This document shows, one piece after another, positions 1 to 11,996 of a stretch of DNA of 64,000 bases. The stretch comes from Glycera tridactyla (Eukaryota). The first letter of the stretch is position 1. Each line of letters begins with the position of its first letter. Position numbers and translations under genes: made by a program. The stretch spans positions 37,696,001-37,760,000 of the forward strand of contig OZ286470.1 in NCBI GenBank assembly GCA_965644265.1, read 5' to 3'. The notes below the pieces were generated by a model. It was given only the letters and a program-made list of their open reading frames with translations. It did no database searches and had not been told where the DNA came from.

Positions 1-384
1 AATACTGGCTTTTTGACCCTCAAGAAAATATGAAACTGTCATTGTCTCTAACCTCAAGATCTTGATTAGAATTTCTTGATTGTCTGTCGTTGATAGCAAA
101 CGAGACAGGAAGAATCGAGACAAGCCAAAGCTAGAATGGACGTTCCTGACATTATGTGCCTGTTATTCCGCGGAGAGGTTCGTGAAGTTATGTTGATTGA
201 ACAGAAGTTTTATGTCGTATATTAGCATGTAAGGAAATCTTTTTGGATTCAGGTAGTGGATCCTTGACAGATTGTGAAAATCTGTGAATGTCATATATAC
301 TTAAGAATTTACAGTTGTCTCTCTGACGGTTGGTTGTTTTCCTTCCCTGAGCAGACTCTGGGCAATATTGAATACCTACATGCA

Positions 385-612
385 CATCCACCCAACCACC
401 CCAGTGCATGCCGACTGGGATATCAAAGGCCGGCCATGTATTCAGGAGCCTTTTCCTATACGCATGTTAAAGATCCACTGCTGCCTTTCGCAAAGAGTAA
501 GGACGGCCCCAAGCAGGCAGTGACTCTTTTCTTAAGCATTTTCAGTTATTTCAGACCAATATAACCCAAGCGGGTTCAAGTGACGTTAAACTCAAACAAA
601 CAAACAAACAAA
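385..612 (+). mobile_element. 5'-truncated SINE-like element with (CAAA)n tail
   Basis: Ends in GTGACGTTAAACTC(AAAC)n, like the other SINE copies in the window. Internal TAAAGATCCACTGCTGCCTTTCGCAAAGAGT is reminiscent of the conserved cores of Deu/Nin/Meta-type SINEs (from memory, not aligned). The left boundary is uncertain. Confidence 0.5.
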
Positions 613-734
613 CCATCCGACAGCTGCATAGCAATGAGGGGTGGTTTGAAATCTGTGAGTATGCAGATGGGATCAATGTTGGAGTCATCCCTCCTCTCAT
701 TTTCCATAATTTGTGTCAGTGAGGCGTCCGACAT
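612..734 (-). pseudogene. Gr-like subfamily B gene B0, 5' fragment of exon 1, cut by a SINE
   Basis: Minus-strand ATG at 734 reads MSDASLTQIMENERRDDSNIDPICILTDFKPPLIAMQLSDG, matching B3 (MSKVASMTQVNGMEKMDDSDSDPICILKDFEPLFIAMQWFGG). Homology stops at the SINE tail. The upstream 1.0-1.7 kb resembles the B3 upstream region (22.5-23.1 kb). Confidence 0.75.
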
Positions 735-1536
735 CTCGTAAGAGCATAGATACACTGTGAATCAGCCGCGACAAGGAGTTCAATGCTCTTGAGTTTTTGA
801 TGACTGTGTTGGAGGAAACTCTCTAGGAAGCTTGTCTTGCATTCATCATATCAACCTGTGTAGATAAGAGCAAGGAATTTACTCAACAAGGAGAAACTTC
901 TCCAGCTTCACTCACTTATCCTGGATATTAATACCTATATATTCTGAAGCAGAATTTGAGGACCGACATGGATGGTGATGGATATCATGTTTTTTTTTCA
1001 CGTGTAAAGATCCATCTAGTATGTAAACTGTTCACTGTTGTTGTTGTTGAGGTAGGTGATGAAGTATTTGAAGAGACTGGGACTGTATCGATAAATATGC
1101 AAAATAGAGATGGATATCAGACCATGCACATTATCCATGGTACAATAATCTTTCCAATCCAGGATGAGTGAAAGAGTAGGGATATAGAACTTGATTGCAC
1201 ACAATCTGTGCTATACAAAGTGTAATGGGCATAGGTGGGATCATTCAAGACTCTTTTTCTGGGTCCTCTGGGAAAGGTGAAAATTTATGAATTCAAGATG
1301 CTCAATGTGTCATTTCTCCTCCAGACTGGGTCACACACCTAAGCTCATGTTGTGCCTGACATCATCAATGAAGTTGAGAACAGAATGAGAGCGATTGCAC
1401 CTAACTAATTCAGTGCCATCATCACCTGGAAAGATAACGATCAAGATTCTCCTTTCTCAGGGATGCCTCCCAGTAGATGTGTGAGGGGGGGGGGGGTAGG
1501 GGAAAGTAGCGGTCATGGTGGTAATGGGTTGTTCTT

Positions 1537-1985
1537 ATGCCATCGTCAATGTTGACCAACACAGAATAAATAACAGGTCACAATGTACATATGTCACCTT
1601 CCTGAATATTATGCTATCAGTTTACTCAACCAACTAACATGAACTTACATATTGCATGAACATAGGTTCCTTTCTTTCATAGTCTGGAATCTTTATTGAA
1701 GAAACTGATGATTAAGAAAAGTCATCATTTGTTTAGATGTAGTATTAGGTCGTTCATTATGCCCTTACCAATCTTGACCGATACAGAATAAATAACAGGT
1801 CGCAATGTGCATGTGTCACCTTCTTGAATATTGTCAGTATACTCGACCAACCAACATAAACTTACATATAACATCAACATGGATACCTTGCCTTCATGGT
1901 CTGGAACCTTTTTTTGAAAGAACTATCAATTCCGAAAAAATACTCATTTGTTCAGATATTACAGAATTAGGTCAGGACATTCCAA
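1537..1985. repeat. Diverged tandem duplication, unit about 222 bp
   Basis: ATGCC...CAATnTTGACC..ACAGAATAAATAACAGGTC.CAATGT.CAT.TGTCACCTTC begins at about 1537 and again at about 1759. A single copy is present upstream of B3 (about 22960-23140). Confidence 0.7.
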
Positions 1986-4127
1986 GAAATGTGCAAGTCT
2001 TTTCAGCAACGATTTGGCAAAAGCATGACAACAAGCTAAACCTTGGTATTTTTCCAATTCAGTGGATCAATCTATTGAAGCAGCAGCTCCTTTGCGTCCC
2101 CCTCCCAAGCAGAGGCGGATACTATTGGGGGAAGGCTCGAGGAACAGCACTGTATTCTGTGTCAGATCGTACCTGTCTGACAGAACACAAGTGGCCATCT
2201 TTGATCATGTCACATGTCAGTGGATACTGAGAAGACCCTCACAGGAGCTTCAGAATACACCTCTGATATTCCATAACCGGCAAATTAATCCTATATTTGT
2301 TTTTTGACAAGAAAGCTACGAGAAACGCCCTCATGGAGGTGGCCAATGAGCACCTGCAAGCCGAGTATGTAACACTCGTCAATTGATGAGGCAGTCTCGT
2401 CCATACCATGTCCTTTGTTATCACTCGTCAACTCCTCAAGGAGGTTGCATCAAAGGAGAAACCAACCAATTTTTTGTATGTTTTGCAATAAATATTATAT
2501 CATGGTTTGAATTTCCAGATATGACCACATGATCCAATGGCAAAATTTGGCAATGTGAGATTCGTTCTCTTTTCACAAATCTCTGTATTTTTGACATTTT
2601 TGTCCCAGTTTCCTATTGAACAACTAGGTGATGGTTGCTATGGCTTATTCCCTGGACATGGTGATCAATGGACAGATGATTTTTTTTTTCCAAGTGAAAA
2701 TCCAAACCACCATCGATAAATCACACAATTTTCATGCATGTATCTCTGTATATTATCTAGAAAAATACAACTCTAAGAGTTCAAATGTGCATGGTAGTTT
2801 TGCTATGAAGTTATCTTTCCGAAAAAATAAGAAGAAAAAGGGGTCATGGCTTAAATGAATTGTCCACAAGACATTTTATTCCAGGTTATCCAACTCCAGG
2901 TGTTATCCATCAGTGGGGGCGTTTGATGGATACCCAATGAGTTCTATGGCATATCAGCTACGTTTCAGACCTCGGCAATACAAATGGCCACGAATTCCTT
3001 CAAAATGAATTTCTAATGGGCATATTCACAGAATATCGGTAGTCCTGTGGTATCCTCGACAACGCCTGAAGCTTGTGGGCATACGATATGTGATACACGC
3101 TCACCACTACACACACTCACACGGCACTAATGTCATGGACAAGGGATGAGTCTATGTCCTTCAACCATCACTCGATCGATTAAGAATGCTGTGTACAAAT
3201 ATCTTCATTTTCATAACAACAAAAACAATGAAGATGAGTGATCAAAAGTTCGGCAAAGTCAGCATGTGCTGACAACTTCTTTGATTAATTACGTCAAAAG
3301 CAAGAACACAAAAGACTGCAGTTCGTAAGTGAATCTGGTAGGTGCTCAACAGAGAATAAGTATTCTCAAAAAGCTATATGATGATCGCATCAGATATTTC
3401 TGAACAGTCTGAGCAGGTTCCTGTTGAAGTGTAGTGGCAGCTGTGAAATAGGCAACCACACATCATCAGTGCTCTCACTTCACTCTGTTGCATTCAAGTG
3501 TGTGCGTTGGCTATCTTACGAATTCAAACTGACCCACAGCACACCAGATCACTAACTGCGACTTACCTGGACCAGTACACATATTAGAAAAGAGTTCCTA
3601 TGTCAGCAATGTAATCTTTTCAATCAATTCGCTGAGAAAACACGAGAAATGCTCTAAAGGCTTTGTGCAATGACTCATACGGTGCGTCCCTGTTAGTACA
3701 CTTCAGACCAAAACCTTGCTATACCAGTGGTGGAGATAGCTGAGTTGATTGTTATAGGAACCGAACTGAGAAGGATGCAGATTAGTTAGACCAGAACAAA
3801 AATGCGATTCAATGGCACTGATTCCAGAATAATGCCGGTTTGCCATAGATGGTTCAGTTGTCACGTAGCAAAGATTAGGAAAATCCAACATTGTACGTGG
3901 AACATTCTATATATACCTAATTCGAGGTACCATGAACAGCTTTTTTATACAGCTAAGTAACCTCCTATGGATGCTTCGAAGTCCAGGCAAATTTATTTCG
4001 AAAGCTGATCACCAAAGTGTCCATAAAATTCAGTCACATTGTCCATCAATGGTCTCGGTTATCGTACCTACATTGGACAGTGGGACAAATCTACAAGTCA
4101 ATGGTAACATTCAGCATGTGACCAACG

Positions 4128-5376
4128 TTACTGAGGCCCCGGTCCAGTGAGAGAAATGTTGTGGGTCATGTTTGAGTGAGTAGCAGGGCCTTGATTCAGA
4201 GATGCCACTTGGAAAACGAGGACAACATATGTCAGCAACGTGCCGATAATCTGAAAATGCAACAATGGCAACATTTCAATCCAATGTGTGGAAATGTGTG
4301 AAAACAAGAATCAATCTGTATTGCTCTGTGAACGCATTCATTCGATCAGTGCATATAAAGCTGACATATTCTGTCAGAACGGTACTGGCAATTTGTGTGT
4401 GCATCTGGTTCTGTCTTAGATGAGATCTCAGTTTACCAATGGTCCACACATTATCTATACATTGCTAATTGTGTATCCCAGGTTTGTATGGACAATTGTA
4501 TAAATGAACATGAAACTGAATCAAGTGAAGAGATTGCCTTTTGTATTTATGATAAATTTCTGCCAGTCTGTATTGATTTCTATAGCAGATGTTATCCATG
4601 ATCATGATCACAATTACTTGATAAAAACTTCAAGTCTTTAGTGAAAGTGAAAGTGTGAAGGGGAAAGTGAGAAAACATACGGTCACCAGGGCTGGTTTAT
4701 CGAGATGAAATAGTCCAAGTACTGTATAGGCAATCTGGGGCTCTTTCAGCTGGTGAACGAACATCAACACCTTGAAAAAGATGTTAGTATATTTACTCAT
4801 AGAACATCCTGTAGGGTGACACCCCGATTCAGTAATAGTGGAGTTCATTTTATGTGATCTCCATAATTTGGAAACTTCACAAGGATTGAAGCACCATTAG
4901 GTGCAATTCGCACATTACTTCCTATAAAACTAGCATTTACAACCATCATCTGGAATATAAGTGATAGGAGTGTTCAATCAAATTCCTGATGTGTCACACT
5001 CGGTACGTTATTTAGTGATGGCATGATACCACCACACACCAGCAGTGTCTTCAACTTTCACACTGAGAAATGGCACCTCGAGTCTCTGTGACTGTCATAA
5101 ATTTCCGCCTTCCGTTAGGGGTCTAGAAGGAGGATTCTTCAACTTTATACCACAGAAGTGACAAAATGAGTGGAATATAGGGGTGTGGGATATAACTTGC
5201 ATATTCCACAGGCAGGGGGGCGTGGCACATGGCTACGTCACAATGGACAGTCACGTGACTCGCTATTGTCTTTTACAGCACTCTCCCGCGTTCCAGCTCT
5301 AGCAAGTGGCAGGTAAACAAACTATGTGTCTGTCTGCTGGCGCTCTTCTAGGCTCCTTTCCCTCTCCCGGTACACA

Positions 5377-5449
<73 letters not shown>

Positions 5450-8400
5450 CGACAGCGACGATGACAGAATAATCGGGAAGGGGAGCACGGGTACACGACA
5501 GTCGGCAGATAAACAAACCACGTGTGTTTGTCTGGTGACGCTCCTCTCGACGCAGGTTCCCTGTCCCTCCACTGAACACGCACTCATGCACACATATTCA
5601 TGCATGCTCACACAAACAATCTGTGGTATAAAAGTAAGAAACAACGCCCGTGGAATATGCAAGTTATATTCAACGAGGTGGGAGTCACGGCGGGAGTTCA
5701 CGAGGCCGAAGGATTCTTTAACTATCCCTCCATGCCCATTGCATGGGCGTCACAATATAGCACAGACGGAACTGACATTACATCAAACCCCCAACAAAAC
5801 AAACATACCGAAAAACTTTCATATCATGTTGCTTTCAGTTTGGTACCCAAAGGTTTTTTTTATGAACACGCCACAAATGTGATTCATTCCAACGATAGTT
5901 AATATCTGAAATTCAGATCAATTGAGTCATTCACAATAGGTGATTGCCAGTGTACAAATAGACAAACACACATCCAGGCTGATAGCAACCTGCAACTCCC
6001 TAACTGTTCGTTTATTGACTTAATAACAGATCGACATATGCACGATGAACAGAGCGTGCATTTGTAATATTATATCTTAAAAAAGAATGCATTTGTAATA
6101 TCATATTCAGACAGAAAGTGCATTTGTGATGTTCTATTCAGACGGAAAGTGAATTTATGATGTAATATTTGCACAATTCTGTCTCCTCCTGCATTTTTTG
6201 CCGGGCTAAAACAGACAAAACCTAAATATACGATAGTCGAGCAATACACCAATAATATTTCTTCACATATTCTAGGTGATGCCCAGACAATAGTTTGAAT
6301 ACTAACACATTCCTTCACTCCCATACAGTTCTGCCTTATTTGAGGAAATATTAGGCATAACCCAACCAATTGATTTATCCACACCCTAAAAAAAGAGGAA
6401 ATACTTATCTGCCAATAAAATGCATTATTCGAAGAACACCAACATATTTCTCAAATGTTTTTCGAAGCCCATCACAATCTTTCACAGATAGGTACAATCT
6501 ATAGGATATAGAATGCATTTCTCAAGTTTTGTTATCACTCACTTCATTGCTTTCGAAGGCTGACTGTGATGCCCCTGGAGTTGACATCCCCATGCGATAC
6601 ATAATAGTGAGAGGGGCCTGGGCCTGGAAATCGAAATGGTAGACTCAGGTTGGGTGACACATCTCTCTATTTGTTACATTCAGATGCAGATATTGTGACT
6701 CAAGTTGGTTTTATATCAGGGAATGCAAACAAGGAATCAATGTCCAATTCATGCACACTGACATCCACTATCATCATCACCTATTCACCCTGCAAAGCAA
6801 ATGACCTGTTGGATTTCATATATATTTCATTGCATCATGAGAGACACGACCTCATCACATCCTCTATATCCAATCTCTAGAAGTGGCTTCTTGGAGATAT
6901 TCCAATCAGAATACCACACCATCCACGAATGCATCAAAAACAATCCATGATGGCTTGCCCATATCATTTCTCTGCTGATGCACATTTGGCTCCATTCATG
7001 AAATCTACTTGGGCATGTACTCCATCCCACTCTTCATATACTACTTTGTCATCACATTGATGCAATCGCACCCTCCCAAATGCATGGGCATTCTCGGTGA
7101 TGAGTTTTCATGTGATCAGGTTCTTCAACTACCATCAAAATTTCATGATTGAACTCCTGATATTGAAGTCGCAGCGAGTGTTTCAGTATACAATTCTCAG
7201 TAATTTATAACAAGCTATCTCGCACTGAATTTCAGGATTTATGTCCAAAATATGAATTCAATCAGTAATTCAGCATGGCCAATGTTTTTTGTCATTAAGT
7301 CCCTTGTGTTTCACCAAAGGTCTTATATCACAAGTCTCGCGTCAAAGAACCTGTAGATATTTTCGTGTACAACAGTAATAACATCCTAAAATTTGCATAT
7401 GCATCAAATGGTTGACAATTGAGACTCGAGTTCATTGGGTGACCTTACATATTGACATGCCAATATATGCAGAGCAATACATGGAGTCCAATTCTGTGTA
7501 TATGAATTGAAACGTGGGTATATAGGAAGACAGACAGACATATAGACAGATGAAGCAAAAGAGAGAGGCAGTGGATAGAGAAAGAGTGAGAGAGACAGAC
7601 AGACAGGCAGTCAGAGTAACAGAAAGACATGAAGGTAGACATGAAAGCAGACTTTAGAGAAAGACAGAATGATGTATGGATGTATGGATGTATAGATGGA
7701 TGGATAAATGGATAGATAGATGGGCGGATAGGTGGGAAAGATGGGGAAAAGTGCCGGCAGCCAGACACATAAGTTGGCAGACAGAAGGGCAGGGAGATGA
7801 TATGAGAGAAAGTGATTGATTGATAGATAGATGAAGAGAGAGAGCATCTAGCTACTGTTGCTATCATTCACGATGACATTTTGAGATTGTTTCTTGCAAT
7901 GGTCACGTTGAGATGTTGTAATGGAGAAACTCACCCACTTTTGGATAGTGACTGATGCAGCAAACATAAGAAGGAAGCAGGTGGATGTAAACAGTATTCC
8001 ATAGATGTGGATGAGCTGGGTTGCTGTGTCTAGAGTTGATATTGACATGGCATAAGTTGAAAGACAGATGACTGCCATGAACAAGACTGCCTGGATACCA
8101 ATCACACACAAACTCATCTCATCGACCTTAACAACCAAATCAGATAACTGTAGATGCTTCCATCTCAGCAACTTGATATCCTCTTTTCTAACTACTCCAT
8201 TTTGTAGTATCTTCTCCAAACGGATCGTCACATCCTTGAATTCTTGTACTAGTATAAATGATGCTATAAGTGTAAATACATTTGATATCAGATAATGGAC
8301 GGAAATTATGTGAAAAACGACAAGAGAAACTCCAACAGAGATGCGGAAAGCATTCACAGGCTCCAACCAAGGGTAAGCAATCAGTGATAAGATGTCACCC

Positions 8401-8861
8401 ATTCCAATGTTGCAATATAATGCCAATATGCCCCACACAGAAGATAATATTGGAGTGAGAGTGGCAATGATGATGATTATCATAACAAAACACTTGATTT
8501 TTCTTCTATATTTTGGATAGCTGGAGTCAGAGACACTAGAAAGTTCTTCAATGAAGGGGATGATCTTCTGCCAGGCATGGTGATTGTAAAAGTTGGTCAA
8601 TACATTGTGTGTGAGTATGAGTGCAAAAGGAAGTCGAGATAGGAGATTGTCTAGCTCCATGGGACCAAAGATGATCGACAACAGGCAGCGTATCATGAAC
8701 ATCAAGGTCAGAACCAAATGCAAGCGACAGCAACCAAAATAGTGTAGGCGTTGTAACATGGTGTACTTTTGGCCTGGTCTGTAAACCACTCCAGCAAATA
8801 TACGCATGTAAATTATTAATGGATGGAAATCCTCGTACGATGGTGAATTGTTGCTCTCCAT
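4128..8861 (-). CDS. Gustatory receptor-like 7TM chemoreceptor/ion channel, subfamily A (A1), 406 aa
   Basis: Exons 8861-7935 (MESNNS...SVTIQKW|gtgagt), 6623-6543 (AQAPLTIMYRMGMSTPGASQSAFESNE), 4770-4681 (VLMFVHQLKEPQIAYTVLGLFHLDKPALVT) and 4250-4128 (IIGTLLTYVVLVFQV...GPQ*). All introns are GT-AG and phase 0; the frame is open (1221 nt). It carries the Gr TM7 TYhhhhhQ motif and an LRxKHxxLxxxVxxVD motif before TM5. Confidence 0.92.
5131..5723. mobile_element. About 565-bp insertion with direct-repeat ends and non-nested inverted repeats, nested in a SINE in A1 intron 2
   Basis: Flanked by AGGATTCTT(C/T)AACT at 5131-5144 and 5710-5723. Inverted pairs at 5144-5155/5621-5632 and 5190-5212/5647-5669. 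Absent at the paralogous A5 site (about 36570-36600). Confidence 0.55.
5372..5448. repeat. (CA)n microsatellite
   Basis: Near-perfect CA run, seen directly. Confidence 0.97.
6056..6175. repeat. About 31-bp tandem repeat, about 4 units
   Basis: Repeated GTGCATTTGT(A/G)AT.T.ATATT...AC.GAAA units; also present in the paralogous A5 intron (about 36895-37015). Confidence 0.65.
7510..7847. repeat. Purine-rich GACA/GATA/GGAT low-complexity tract in A1 intron 1
   Basis: Mixed tetranucleotide repeats; paralogous tracts at about 38320-38700 and 56170-56340. Confidence 0.75.
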
Positions 8862-11800
8862 GATTCAGCCTGCCTCCAAGCTTATGGTAAAAGTATGGCA
8901 GGGGCAGTTTTCATCTGCAAGCAGCTCTAACGTCGGTCTACTGAGAATGGCAAGCGTTATCCACACATCAGAATGTGCGTCACATGCATCAGGAAACTGT
9001 ACCATTAGGCAATGTGTGTACACAAATGACTGTGCGTCTCCCACATGCTCTCAATGCTCACTCACCGTCATGCCAAATGTGATAGTGGCATTGCAGCCAG
9101 CTTTCTCACATGATTTTTGATTAGGAATGATTCTCAGAAACCGTTTTTCCTAAATCTAACGTGGTGGAGTACCGAGAAGCAAGTACATAAATGGACGCAG
9201 GGTCATTTTATCTATTTGGAGTGGGCGTATAACCACATCGAGGCCAGACCAACGATCCATTGTCCAATGATGGCAGCAGACGGTGTCAATGACACCTCGA
9301 GTGTCTGTGAGCGTCTTTGAATTTTCAACTTCTGTTAGAGACCCAGGAGAAGTCTTAAATGATCCAACACGTGCCCATTGTGGCATCCCAACACAGCAGA
9401 TTGGATGCTGATGTCACATCAAACCAGAACAAACCAACTAACCAACCTCTCTCTAACCCCTCTTCCCTGCCTCTCCTACTGTTCTCTGTATTTGCGATTC
9501 TCATCAGCTGTTACGTACTAACATGATAAAAACACTGTATTTTCTGGTTCAAGGAAGTCCAATATTGTTGCACTTATGTCAGGCGGGGCATGTACACAAC
9601 TCGAAACTAGGCCTGTGTGCCAAAAGGTAGGATACCCGGTGATTTTTTTTTGATTGATTGATCACCTGGTTTCTTCCACTTCCATGGCATCGTTAAGTTG
9701 CCTACTGGTTTTCTTTTCCAGTTGCCTACGAGCTTTATTGTCCAGTGAGAAGGCATCTTCATCAGCTGACCCCATGATATTCAAATTAATACCTCTCTAC
9801 TGTGAATCGATGACCAGTGTTCTTCTTGGATAATGTTTTGTTTGCCTTCTCCACCACTTTTCCCTCCTCCATTTCATCTTCTTTTCTTGTTGCGTTCCAA
9901 TTTCCTGTTATTGTCTTCTTTCTCCTTGGTTTTCATGCTATCAGAAGTGTGGTGTGGCAGTTAAAAATCAGCATGTCACGAGATAACAGCATGGAGGAGC
10001 CTTTTTGATGAAAATGCATCTGAAATCATAGGAGACAGGATTGCCAGTTTCCATCTCATTCTTCTTTTCAATTTATCTGCTTTATATGTGATCTCAATGA
10101 AGTGGATACTCTCTCCGATAGGCCCGAAGTGAAGTCATAATTTGGACTAATGGGATACCATGAAATTTATTGTCCCAATATGATATTGATAATGTTCTGT
10201 CACAAACTGTCAGTCACGTTTCCTTCCCAGCCCCCTAGTTCCTGTCATTGCCCATTCCATCCATTATGTTATCACTCTCTGAATCGAAATCAGGTTTTCA
10301 AATCAAAATCAAATCCTAATACCGGATCAAATTTTACCTCAAATTAGAAATTTCTGACAGATAGAGAATATCCTCATGCTATTCATATACCAATGAATGA
10401 ACTGCTGCAAAAACAGTCACGCAGGATCTGTGAATTTCGGAAAATATGAAAAGACATTCATCCTCAAATTCAGTGTCGAAACATCATCTATTCAGGGCGA
10501 ATGTGGATTTCTCACCAAAGATAACATTTTCATATAAATTAGGAAATTTTACTCAGTTGTTTGTTAGCAGCTGATCATGAATGATTTCAACAACAAATAG
10601 ATTCAGTGACTGCCAACCAAAACATTCTTGAATGACGTCTTTATTTCTAGAGATCAGGATCCAGTGGTGAGGTGTGATCCCTGGCAAAATTTGCTGAATT
10701 ATCCTATCCACCTTTCACTCAATTATGATCTGCTGCATTGGGCAATGAGTGGAATGACAAATCAAAATGTTCATGAATGGGTCTGAATGCTTCTGTCTCT
10801 GAATTTATATTTGGCTGAAAGTGTTTTCCTGCCAGTGTAATGGCAAATCGCGTTGAGTCGTAGGGTGTCATGTGCAGGCAGTGCATATTGCTCTTTATTT
10901 CCGGCTCTCTCCGTAATGACTCTCTACACAGGCGGCCCCACCTGCCTCATTTTACTGCTTCATCGTAGCATGGATACTGTGATCATTTATGTCTACATTT
11001 CTGGCACCTGCTCTCACACTATGTCTCAAATCGAAAGTTTACGATCGTGTAATCATTCACATATGCTTGAACCAAGGGCAGCTGGCGATTCCAATGAGAC
11101 AAATGCTAGAATTGTGTTCTTCAGCACTGTGATCCTCAATGTATATTCATGAATAACATGGACCATAATGAAAAAGAAATTGGCTGTATGTGTTCACGTA
11201 CAGTCAAGTTCATTTTTCTTCTAGCTTCTTTCGAGGCCTTTTCCACTTCTCCACAACGAAAGTAATTGATCGACATTTCTTCAGCAATGTGCTCAACTCA
11301 GTATGCAGAGAAATCATTCATGTGTCAAGCATTCTGCATATTGAGTGTATCCAAAAGACCTGAAATCTCGTTGCGTGTAGAATCAATCTGGTCAAATCGA
11401 AATATAGCTCTCAAATTTTATTCAGGACTTTATTCTATTAAACATTGAACCTAGTGAATCAAGTTCAATCTGTTTCTAATTTTTGAGTAGTCACATCAAG
11501 CCAATCCTGAAGTGATGTGGCAATACTGTGTCACCCGTGACACCTACAGTGCCTGCGACTTCACACCTCGTCAGACTTCATTAGTTTCCAAGTTATGTGT
11601 CAAATGTTGGTAACAGTCTTTGATCAACAAGTCACGATTATTATTCAGGGATTCACAGAATAAAAACAATACCCTCATGATGTTGTATTCGCAAAATTCT
11701 GTGATCCCCAGCATCATCCACTGAAGAAGCAGCTAGATAAAATTAATCCTTCATTTACTTTCTCCACTTCCTGATAAATCGAGAAGCGGCGTATCTACAG

Positions 11801-11915
11801 ATGAGATGCAATAGATTAGCAATGCATTTCGCAAATGTCTTTGAAGTATATCAGAATTCGGTCAAAAATCTATACGGAGCCTAATTTGCATATACTGAGT
11901 TTTGGTATCACTCAC

Positions 11916-11996
11916 CTCATTGCTGTAACATTCTGACTGTGATGCCCCTGGATTTGACATTCTCATTTGATACATCAAACTGAGAGGGGCGTGAGC
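11916..11996 (-). pseudogene. Orphan exon 2 of Gr-like gene A2 (exons 3-4 missing; exon 1 probably in the N-gap)
   Basis: ttctgatttcag|AHAPLSLMYQMRMSNPGASQSECYSNE|gtgagt, 81 nt, open; 6 nt differences from A6 exon 2. Both flanks align to the A6 locus, but no exon 3 or exon 4 homolog lies between here and A1. Confidence 0.8.

Noticed and set aside
5299-5902. Several overlapping ORFs with CVCVCV/VCVC runs
   Set aside because: Translations of the (CA)n microsatellite and the surrounding insertion.
7848-7934. ORF-track C-termini such as VSFSITTSQ.., VSMYLMKT and VSSKVVY..
   Set aside because: Read-through into intron 1 past the conserved GTGAGT donor.
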